A DNA stretch of 64,000 nt, from the NCBI RefSeq assembly GCF_024223415.1, contig NZ_CP100500.1. The stretch is one strand, 5' to 3'. The DNA is from Escherichia coli (GTDB lineage: Bacteria; Pseudomonadota; Gammaproteobacteria; Enterobacterales; Enterobacteriaceae). Shown here in pieces: positions 39,022-46,206 of this stretch. The stretch's first letter is position 1. Each line of letters starts with the position of its first letter. Made by a program: the position numbers and the translations under genes. The notes under the pieces are model-generated. The model saw only the letters and a program-made list of their open reading frames with translations. It was not told where the DNA came from and did no database searches.

Positions 39022-39552
39022 ATGGCAAAAAGTACAAAAGGGGCAAAACGTATCAAGGCCGCAGCGGCACTCTGGGTACCAGGGACACGCGAAGAGGTCA
39101 TTGAGGGAATCAGACTACTCGGTGACGCACAACGTGAACTGGTCAGGGCTGAAACAGAAATGAATGACGCCATTGGCGATATCACCGCACGTTATGCCCC
39201 GCTCACCGAGAGCCTGAAAAAACGCATGGCCGAACTGCAGTCCGGTATTCAGACATGGTGTGAGGCACACCGTGATGAACTGACCGGCAACGGGAAGGTG
39301 AAGTTCGCTAACCTCACCACCGGCGAGGTGCAGTGGCGAAACCGTCCGCCATCAGTCAGTATCCGTGGGGCGGATAATGTTATTGAATTACTGAGACGTC
39401 TGGGGCTTGAGCGCTTTATTCGTGTAAAAGAGGAAATAAATAAAGACGCTATCCTGAATGAAAAAGAGGCCGTGAAAAATATTCCCGGTATTTCCATTAA
39501 AAGCGACATTGAGGATTTTTCAATAATTCCTTTTGAGCAGGATGTGCAGTAA
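39022..39552 (+). CDS. gam: host-nuclease inhibitor Gam
   Basis: Closely parallels Mu Gam along its length (..SIRG.D.V.E.L.RLGL.RFIR.K.EINK.AIL.. and C-terminal IEDFSIIPFEQ). Confidence 0.85.
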   Translation: MAKSTKGAKRIKAAAALWVPGTREEVIEGIRLLGDAQRELVRAETEMNDAIGDITARYAPLTESLKKRMAELQSGIQTWCEAHRDELTGNGKVKFANLTTGEVQWRNRPPSVSIRGADNVIELLRRLGLERFIRVKEEINKDAILNEKEAVKNIPGISIKSDIEDFSIIPFEQDVQ

Positions 39553-39649
39553 ACACACCACGTTAATTATTTAATAAAAACATTTTCTTTTTTATTCCGG
39601 CGTCAGCGCCGCGGGCTTCTGCACGCCGGAAACAGAGGAGAATTAAATC

Positions 39650-39844
39650 ATGATATTTAAATGTATTCAGTGCGAGAGGGATATAACAGCCCTGCGTTTT
39701 CACAGCGCCATCGCCGTGATGTCCGGTAAATACCACATCCCTGCGGTACGCGTCACCCTGGTCTGTCCGTACTGCAGCCAGCATTTTTCGGCAGACGTGC
39801 CCGTCATGGAATTCTCCCGCCCTGACAGGGAGGACGCGCAATGA
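39650..39844 (+). CDS. Com-like zinc-finger protein candidate
   Basis: CxxC...CxxC (CIQC..CPYC) in 64 aa; stop overlaps the start of the next ORF (ATGA). Confidence 0.5.
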   Translation: MIFKCIQCERDITALRFHSAIAVMSGKYHIPAVRVTLVCPYCSQHFSADVPVMEFSRPDREDAQ

Positions 39845-40113
39845 TTACCCCACAGGAAGCACGACAGCGCACCCGAACCCTTGTTGAACACTATGTCAAC
39901 GAGTGTGAATGTCGCGACCTCACCGATGTGAAGCACGTCCTGACGGCGCTAATCAGCATGGCCACACAGGCCATTGTGGCAACCAACGGAAAGGCGGCTG
40001 CCCTGCAGGTACTGATGAACACACTCACCCACACGGCAGAGCATGAGGTGCCGTACCGGATGGAAACCACTGCAGAAGGCGGCCTGCACATCACCGTCAG
40101 CCGGAAGCACTGA
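39841..40113 (+). CDS. hypothetical protein (90 aa)
   Basis: Translationally coupled to the Com-like ORF. Confidence 0.5.
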   Translation: MITPQEARQRTRTLVEHYVNECECRDLTDVKHVLTALISMATQAIVATNGKAAALQVLMNTLTHTAEHEVPYRMETTAEGGLHITVSRKH

Positions 40114-40122
40114 GGGTGCGGC

Positions 40123-40419
40123 ATGACACGAAACACCGAACTCACCCGCACCGCCCTCTACCGTCTGGCCCTGCAGCGTTTCGGGCCGGATGCACAGGCC
40201 CTGAAACTGACAGAAGAGGCCGCTGAACTGGCGGCCAGTGCTGCCCGCAACCTGAACGGACAGGGCAGCGAAAGTGACCTCGCGGCAGAGCTGGCAGACG
40301 TGGAAATCATGACAGAGCAACTGCGCCTTCAGGGGATGGACCGGCTGATTGACTTCCACAAACAGAAAAAACTGGAACGTCTGGCTGCACGACTGGGCGT
40401 GATTTACACGAACGAGTAA
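40123..40419 (+). CDS. MazG-like nucleotide pyrophosphohydrolase candidate
   Basis: EExxE ... ExxD acidic motif pattern (EEAAELAAS ... AAELADVE) in a 98-aa all-alpha protein. Confidence 0.5.
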   Translation: MTRNTELTRTALYRLALQRFGPDAQALKLTEEAAELAASAARNLNGQGSESDLAAELADVEIMTEQLRLQGMDRLIDFHKQKKLERLAARLGVIYTNE

Positions 40420-40645
40420 CCGGGAGGCATTCAATGGCTGACATACTCAGGGAAATCACCGCATGGACACTGATTCTTACTGGTCTGGCGACATGCCTCA
40501 GTGCGGGAGCAGCCCTGGCTGCCCTGCTGATGCACATAACAACACAGTGGTTATGAGAAAAGCTTAAAGCAGCATACAGCCTGAAAGAGCTGTCCGACGC
40601 TGTCCGGGCATGGAAACGGCAGAAAAATACCGGAGATACAGAACA

Positions 40646-41329
40646 ATGACAGACCAGAATAAACACATTGAGAAACTGAAAAAGTTGCTGGCGCTGGCCG
40701 CATCCGGCAACCCGCATGAGGCTGCTCTGGCACTGCGCCGCGCCCGTAAACTGATGGATGTTCACGGCATCACACATTCCGACATCGCCATGAGTGATAT
40801 TGATGAAACCATCAGTCACTACTGGCCGACAGGCAGCCTCCGTCCGCCGCGCTACATGCCAGGGCTGATGAACATCATCCGCGAGGCATTTGGTGTTAAC
40901 TCCATCATTCACCCCGGCACATATCCGGGTGTGGGGTTCTACGGCAAACGGGAACGGGCCGCACTGGCCGCGTACACCTGGGAAGTGCTGGCCCGTCAGC
41001 TGAAAAAGGCGCGTCAGCAGTATATCAGTGCACAGAACAAAAGAATAAAAACCGCCACCCGCACCAGCCGTGGAGACCAGTTTGCTGAAGGCTGGGTGCT
41101 GGCCGTTATCAGTGAAATACAGTCCTTCGCCCTGACCAATGACGAACGTGAACTGATGCAGCAGTGGCTGGAACATAAATACCCGCAGACGCAAACCACC
41201 AGGGCGCGTAAACCGGGAAGAAGTCGCAATGGCGACGCCTCGCGCTATGCGGGGTTTCGAGAAGGGCAGAACGTCAGACTGCACCGACCGGTCAGTGGGC
41301 GGGAACAGCAGAAACTGGAGGCCAGATGA
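40646..41329 (+). CDS. hypothetical early protein with conserved N-terminal helical domain
   Basis: Start at ATG 40646; N-terminal IEKLKKLLALAASGNPHEAALALRRARKLM. Confidence 0.55.
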   Translation: MTDQNKHIEKLKKLLALAASGNPHEAALALRRARKLMDVHGITHSDIAMSDIDETISHYWPTGSLRPPRYMPGLMNIIREAFGVNSIIHPGTYPGVGFYGKRERAALAAYTWEVLARQLKKARQQYISAQNKRIKTATRTSRGDQFAEGWVLAVISEIQSFALTNDERELMQQWLEHKYPQTQTTRARKPGRSRNGDASRYAGFREGQNVRLHRPVSGREQQKLEAR

Positions 41330-41556
41330 TGACGTTATCAGGTAACAGCCGGAAATTAAAAGCCTGCCGAATATCTGCCAGATACCTTTTTGCCCGCGCC
41401 TTTTTTAAGAACGTCAGGCCGGGGATCACAATTGGTGTTATTGCCGGACGCGAACAGGTTGAAAAATACATGTCAGGTGCATGGTGGAATAAAGACCCTG
41501 TCATTGCTGCCCGTAATATTCATATCAGTTGGGGAGATATTCAGAATGACTGCTGA
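41326..41556 (+). CDS. hypothetical small protein
   Basis: 76-aa ORF; weak support. Confidence 0.35.
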   Translation: MMTLSGNSRKLKACRISARYLFARAFFKNVRPGITIGVIAGREQVEKYMSGAWWNKDPVIAARNIHISWGDIQNDC

Positions 41557-41761
41557 ATCTGTTGTATGTGCCCTGTTCTGGTATTGTTTTGTCGGTTGGT
41601 GTACTGCTGAACTGCACCGCCGTTCAGGGTTTTATTCACGTTACAGTGGTGCCGGTTACTGGATTAGCTGGTCGGTGATGTTCCTGTGCTGGCCTGTGGC
41701 ATTTCCTTTATATGTCGATTATATCGGTGATGCAGGCAGAAGGAGCAACGATGATGACTAA
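41546..41761 (+). CDS. small membrane protein
   Basis: GGGGAG RBS; two hydrophobic helices in 71 aa. Confidence 0.45.
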   Translation: MTAESVVCALFWYCFVGWCTAELHRRSGFYSRYSGAGYWISWSVMFLCWPVAFPLYVDYIGDAGRRSNDDD

Positions 41762-42203
41762 ACAACGTCTTATCCAGCTTATCCATATTGCCCGTAATGA
41801 ACTGGGTATGGATGAAGACACCTACCGCCAGATGTTACAGGGGCTGACCGGTAAAGCCTCAACCAAAGGAATGGATACCACACAACTAAACTGCGTGCTG
41901 GAATCCATGAAAAGGAAAGGCTTTCGCGTTAAGCCTGCCGGAAAAGCCAGCTCCGGTTTACCGCTGGATAACCATCCGCAGTCCAGGAAAATCCGTGCGC
42001 TATGGCTTGAAATGGCTGCTGCCGGCATTGTTCGTGACCGTTCAGAAAATGCATTAGCGCGGTGGATCAAGCGGGAAACGGGCATCAGCGCCCTGCGCTG
42101 GCTCAATACTGAACAGGCAAGCAGTGTTATTGAGAAACTGAAGAAGTGGCAGCACAGAGCTGCGGGAGTAAAACATGAGCGACCTGAATCAGTTTCGAAG
42201 TAA
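41751..42203 (+). CDS. gemA: GemA-like regulatory protein (Mu gp16 family)
   Basis: AGGAG RBS before ATG 41751; GemA-family N-terminal sequence; directly upstream of mor. Confidence 0.7.
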   Translation: MMTKQRLIQLIHIARNELGMDEDTYRQMLQGLTGKASTKGMDTTQLNCVLESMKRKGFRVKPAGKASSGLPLDNHPQSRKIRALWLEMAAAGIVRDRSENALARWIKRETGISALRWLNTEQASSVIEKLKKWQHRAAGVKHERPESVSK

Positions 42204-42573
42204 AGGGCCGGAACTCCTGGTGGAGCTGGCACAGCATACCTCTGAGACCGTTCGCGAGATTATTGATATTGAGCCCGCAATTGCCGACCAGATTGGTCAG
42301 GCCGTCGCGAACCGAATGATGCAGGTCTGGGGCGGGCAAAACGTTTATTTCCCGATGGGCATGGTATGGAAGGTCAGTCAGCGCGACCGGGAAATCTTCA
42401 GGGAGTTTAACGGACGCAACCACCACGAACTGGCCCGCAAGTTTGGTGTTTCGCTTCAGTGGGTCTACAGCGTGGTTAAGCGGGTCAGAAAAGAAGAACT
42501 GGATCGGATGCAGGGCAGGTTGTTTGATGAAGATCTGCCAGAGGAGACGAAAGACGTTAACAAATCCAGATAA
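42175..42573 (+). CDS. mor: Mor-family transcriptional activator
   Basis: 132 aa; C-terminal ..FNGRNHHELARKFGVSLQWVYSVVKR.. parallels Mu Mor (..FNGRNVSELTTRYGVTFNTVYKAIRR..). Confidence 0.75.
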   Translation: MSDLNQFRSKGPELLVELAQHTSETVREIIDIEPAIADQIGQAVANRMMQVWGGQNVYFPMGMVWKVSQRDREIFREFNGRNHHELARKFGVSLQWVYSVVKRVRKEELDRMQGRLFDEDLPEETKDVNKSR

Positions 42574-42618
42574 TTCCTGCTTGTTAAAGTCCTTTCAAAA
42601 ATCTCCTTATTGTATAAA

Positions 42619-42650
42619 AGCACGGTAGACCCCGTACCGTGCTTTTTTTA
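42619..42650 (+). terminator. rho-independent terminator
   Basis: AGCACGGTA-loop-TACCGTGCT stem followed by 7 T. Confidence 0.6.
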
Positions 42651-42687
42651 TGCTCTCTCTTTAGTATTCAGGATGCAGGGAGAAAAT

Positions 42688-43320
42688 ATGTTTGACGTTT
42701 CGTTGTTAAATCTGCCATGGGCAACACTGGTGACCCTGACCAGTGGCTATATTGGGTATTTTATTGCGAATGTGGGACTGAAGGATCACCACAAGCCCAT
42801 TGAGGTGACTTTTTCTTCGCTGATTTTTGGCCTGACAGCAATGATGGCTTACCAGGCTGTTATGTGGGCAGGTCTGAATGCCTGGCTGGCAACACCACCA
42901 GCACTTCTGTGTGCCGTTACATGCGGTGCGTGGTGGCGCAGGTACGGTCGCAAATGGATGTACAGATTACTGTGGAATAATGATATTTCATGGTCTGACG
43001 ATACCAGCTCAGCATGGCAGGCAATGTTTGATCAAACAGGCTTCAGCGTTACCGAGGTCAGAGTGATTCTTCGCGATGGTTCCGGTATGATGTCACGGCT
43101 GCCAGGGAACTTTGAACAGTGGCCTAACGGTCCGTTTACCCTGGGGAATAAAGGCGATATGGTTCTTTACGTCACGCACAGCAGCCCTTCAGGCAGTAAC
43201 GAATGGGAAGAGTATAAAGGCGTGGTTGATAAGTACTGGGGAGCTCTGGCAACCTATATTCCAGCAGATCAGATTGCCAGAGTGGAGATCAGGCGCGTTC
43301 GTGCAACGAACGATGAATGA
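42688..43320 (+). CDS. membrane protein of unknown function (moron candidate)
   Basis: 210 aa; 2-3 N-terminal TM helices plus soluble C-terminal domain; downstream of the mor terminator, about 360 bp from the prophage end. Confidence 0.6.
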   Translation: MFDVSLLNLPWATLVTLTSGYIGYFIANVGLKDHHKPIEVTFSSLIFGLTAMMAYQAVMWAGLNAWLATPPALLCAVTCGAWWRRYGRKWMYRLLWNNDISWSDDTSSAWQAMFDQTGFSVTEVRVILRDGSGMMSRLPGNFEQWPNGPFTLGNKGDMVLYVTHSSPSGSNEWEEYKGVVDKYWGALATYIPADQIARVEIRRVRATNDE

Positions 43321-43599
43321 TGTTTATTTTTTCCCTGGGGCAGGGGCTGCCGGCATAGTGGTTTTATTGGCAGAGGAAGACGATTCTCCTTTTCTACCGG
43401 AATCGCGCTCGAACGTCACGATGTGCTTGCTTTTGGGATTTTCTGAGTAATCCAGGCTATCATGCTTATTGTTTTGAGTAGTCATTGGAATCATCCTTTT
43501 TGTTGCGGGTCATGTTTCAGCAAACTCGATTCTAAGTTGCCAGGAAGGATGATTTCAATGCCCGACTTATCTATCGTATAGCGGAAAAGAATTTCAGTT

Positions 43600-43681
43600 C
43601 TGTTCACCAGAACCCATGTTAACCCACTCCAATTCGTTATTTATCTCACGGATCCCCCTTCATTTATCTCATGTCTGATCA
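43600..43681. repeat. prophage end distal to gin, with transposase-binding-type motifs
   Basis: Reverse complement reads TGATCAGACATGAGATAAATG...GTGAGATAAATA, mirroring the other end (TGAT, 9 nt, GATAAATG, 15 nt, GATAAAT). Confidence 0.55.
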
Positions 43682-43687
43682 GGTGCG
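43682..43687. repeat. target-site duplication, right copy (GGTGCG)
   Basis: Matches 6057-6062. Confidence 0.6.
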
Positions 43688-44012
43688 TAAGCTCTCTGGC
43701 GGCAACCAGCAGAAAGTTATCCTCGCGCGCTGCATGGCGCTCAATCCACGGGTGTTGATTGTCGATGAGCCGACGCGTGGCATCGACGTTGGAACCAAAT
43801 CGGAAGTGCACCAGGTGTTGTTTGATATGGCGAAAAAGGGCGTGGCGGTGATCGTGATCTCCTCCGATCTGCTTGAAGTGATGGCGGTGTCTGACCGGAT
43901 CATCACCCTTAGTGAAGGCCGGTTAACTGGCGAGATCCACGGTGACGACGCTAACGAAGAACGGCTGATGACGATGATGGCTATCAACCACAACGCCCTG
44001 AACGCGGCATAA
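43682..44012 (+). pseudogene. sugar ABC transporter ATP-binding protein, 3' part
   Basis: Begins in frame with the second ABC signature (LSGGNQQKV) and Walker B (LIVDEPT); continues the ORF broken at 6062. Confidence 0.85.
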
Positions 44013-44023
44013 CGGAGTTTCTC

Positions 44024-45052
44024 ATGACGCAGATGATTCCTAAAACGCAGGTCCCGGTAAAACGCGTCGGACGCATCGATCCCATTGCCTTCTTCGAGCG
44101 CTTCGGGGTACTGATTTTCATGATCCTGCTGCTGATCTTCTTTCAGTCGCAGAACAGTAATTTTTTCTCTGAACGCAATATTTTCAACATCCTGACCGAA
44201 GTCTCCATCTACGGGATCATGGCCGTGGGGATGACCTTCGTCATTCTGACCGCTGGGATCGACCTCTCCGTGGGCTCTATTCTGGCAGTGTGCGCCATGA
44301 CAGCGGCGTACGTGATCAAAGGCGACAATTTCACCACAGTCGATCCGAACGCTTGGGGCGGTATGAGCTGGCTGATTGGGCTGGGGATTTGTCTGACCAT
44401 GGGTACAGCGATTGGCTTCCTGCACGGTCTGGGCGTCACTCGCCTGCGCCTACCACCGTTCATCGTCACCCTTGGCGGGATGACCATCTGGCGTGGTCTG
44501 ACGCTCGTGATTAACGACGGTGCGCCGATTGCCGGCTTCGATCAGGGTTATCGCTGGTGGGGACGAGGGGAATTGCTCGGCATCTCCATTCCGATCTGGA
44601 TCTTCGCCATCGTTGCCATTGGTGGTTATCTGGCACTGCATAAAACCCGTTGGGGGCGCTTCGTCTATGCCATCGGTGGCAACCCGGAGGCGGCACGTCT
44701 GGCTGGGGTAAACGTGAAGCGTGTGCTGGTTAGCGTCTATGTGCTGATTGGCTGTCTGGCGGGGCTGGCGGGCTTCATCCTGAGCGCTCGTCTGGGGAGC
44801 GCTGAGGCGGTTGCCGGGATCTCCTTTGAGCTGCGTGTTATTGCCTCGGTGGTTATTGGCGGCACGTCGTTGATGGGGGGATATGGGCGCATCGGCGGCA
44901 CTATCATCGGCTCCATCATCATGGGCATTCTGATTAATGGCCTGGTACTGATGAACGTCTCGGCCTACTACCAGCAAATTATCACCGGATTAATTATCGT
45001 TCTGGCGGTGGCATTCGACACCTATGCCAAGAGCCGTCGCGGCGCACTGTGA
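44024..45052 (+). CDS. sugar ABC transporter permease
   Basis: 342 aa; multiple TM helices; RbsC-type permease sequence. Confidence 0.85.
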   Translation: MTQMIPKTQVPVKRVGRIDPIAFFERFGVLIFMILLLIFFQSQNSNFFSERNIFNILTEVSIYGIMAVGMTFVILTAGIDLSVGSILAVCAMTAAYVIKGDNFTTVDPNAWGGMSWLIGLGICLTMGTAIGFLHGLGVTRLRLPPFIVTLGGMTIWRGLTLVINDGAPIAGFDQGYRWWGRGELLGISIPIWIFAIVAIGGYLALHKTRWGRFVYAIGGNPEAARLAGVNVKRVLVSVYVLIGCLAGLAGFILSARLGSAEAVAGISFELRVIASVVIGGTSLMGGYGRIGGTIIGSIIMGILINGLVLMNVSAYYQQIITGLIIVLAVAFDTYAKSRRGAL

Positions 45053-45060
45053 GGATCACG

Positions 45061-46194
45061 ATGAAAGAGGTTCGTATTGGATTGATTGGCACCGGGTATA
45101 TTGGCAAGGCGCATGCCATTGCCTATGCCCAGGCACCGACGGTGTTCAATCTGCGCGGCAAACTGGTGCGCGAGATGGTGGCTGAGGTGAACCCGGCGCT
45201 GGCGGCAGAACGCGCGCAGGCGTTTGGCTTCAATCGCTCAACCGGAGACTGGCGGGTGCTCGTGGCCGACCCGGCCATTGATGTGGTGGATATTTGCTCC
45301 CCTAACCATCTTCACAAAGAGATGGCGCTGGAGGCGATCCGCCACGGCAAGCACGTCTATTCGGAAAAGCCGCTGGCACTGAATGCCCACGACGCGCGTG
45401 AGATGGTCGACGCTGCGAAGCGGGCAGGGGTGAAAACGCTGGTGGGTTTCAATTACATGAAAAACCCGACGGCACAGTTGGCGAAAGAGATTATTGCGCG
45501 CGGCGAAATTGGTGAGGTGATCCACTTCTACGGAACCCACAACGAAGACTATATGGCCGACCCGCTTTCCCCTATTCACTGGCACTGTTTTAAAGAGACC
45601 GCCGGACTGGGGGCTCTGGGTGACTTGGCGGCACATATCGTCAATATGGCCCAGTATCTGGTGGGAGAGATTGAGCAGGTCTGTGGCGATCTGAAAATTG
45701 TGGTGCCGGCACGTCCGGCAAAGGCCGGATCGTCGGAAATGGTCACCGTGGAAAATGAAGATCAGGCCCACGCGATGGTGCGCTTTGCGGGCGGGGCGCA
45801 GGGCGTCATTGAAACTTCCCGCGTCGCCTGCGGCCGCAAGATGGGGCTGTCATATGTCATTACTGGTACCAAAGGAGCGATCAGTTTTACCCAAGAGCGG
45901 ATGGCAGAGATAAAGCTCTATCTACATGATGATCCGGTGAACCGTCAGGGGTTCCGGACACTGTTGGTCGGTCCGGCACACCCGGATTACGGCGCGTTTT
46001 GCATGGGCGCAGGTCATGGTATCGGCTTTAACGATCAAAAAACGGTGGAAGTGCGTGATCTGGTAGACGGCATTGCCACCGACGCACCGATGTGGCCGGA
46101 CTTCGAAGAGGGCTGGAAGGTCTCGCGCGTGCTGGATGCCATCGCACTCTCACACCAGCAGGGCCTCTGGCTGAACGTGAATGACATTGTCTGA
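45061..46194 (+). CDS. Gfo/Idh/MocA-family oxidoreductase (inositol dehydrogenase-like)
   Basis: Rossmann motif GLIGTGYIGKAH; GAGGA RBS before ATG 45061. Confidence 0.8.
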   Translation: MKEVRIGLIGTGYIGKAHAIAYAQAPTVFNLRGKLVREMVAEVNPALAAERAQAFGFNRSTGDWRVLVADPAIDVVDICSPNHLHKEMALEAIRHGKHVYSEKPLALNAHDAREMVDAAKRAGVKTLVGFNYMKNPTAQLAKEIIARGEIGEVIHFYGTHNEDYMADPLSPIHWHCFKETAGLGALGDLAAHIVNMAQYLVGEIEQVCGDLKIVVPARPAKAGSSEMVTVENEDQAHAMVRFAGGAQGVIETSRVACGRKMGLSYVITGTKGAISFTQERMAEIKLYLHDDPVNRQGFRTLLVGPAHPDYGAFCMGAGHGIGFNDQKTVEVRDLVDGIATDAPMWPDFEEGWKVSRVLDAIALSHQQGLWLNVNDIV

Positions 46195-46206
46195 AGAGGG
46201 TTCAAC

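Larger units (their letters stand above)
6063..43681. mobile_element. Mu-like transposable prophage, about 37.6 kb
   Basis: DDE transposase A, AAA+ protein B, Gam, GemA, Mor, Gin, Mu-type head/tail genes; TG...CA ends with imperfect terminal inverted repeats; flanked by a short target duplication inside a host gene. Confidence 0.85.

Noticed and set aside
40307-41284. 325-aa minus-strand ORF
   Set aside because: Antisense to the early-operon genes at 40123-41329, which have RBSs and conserved features.
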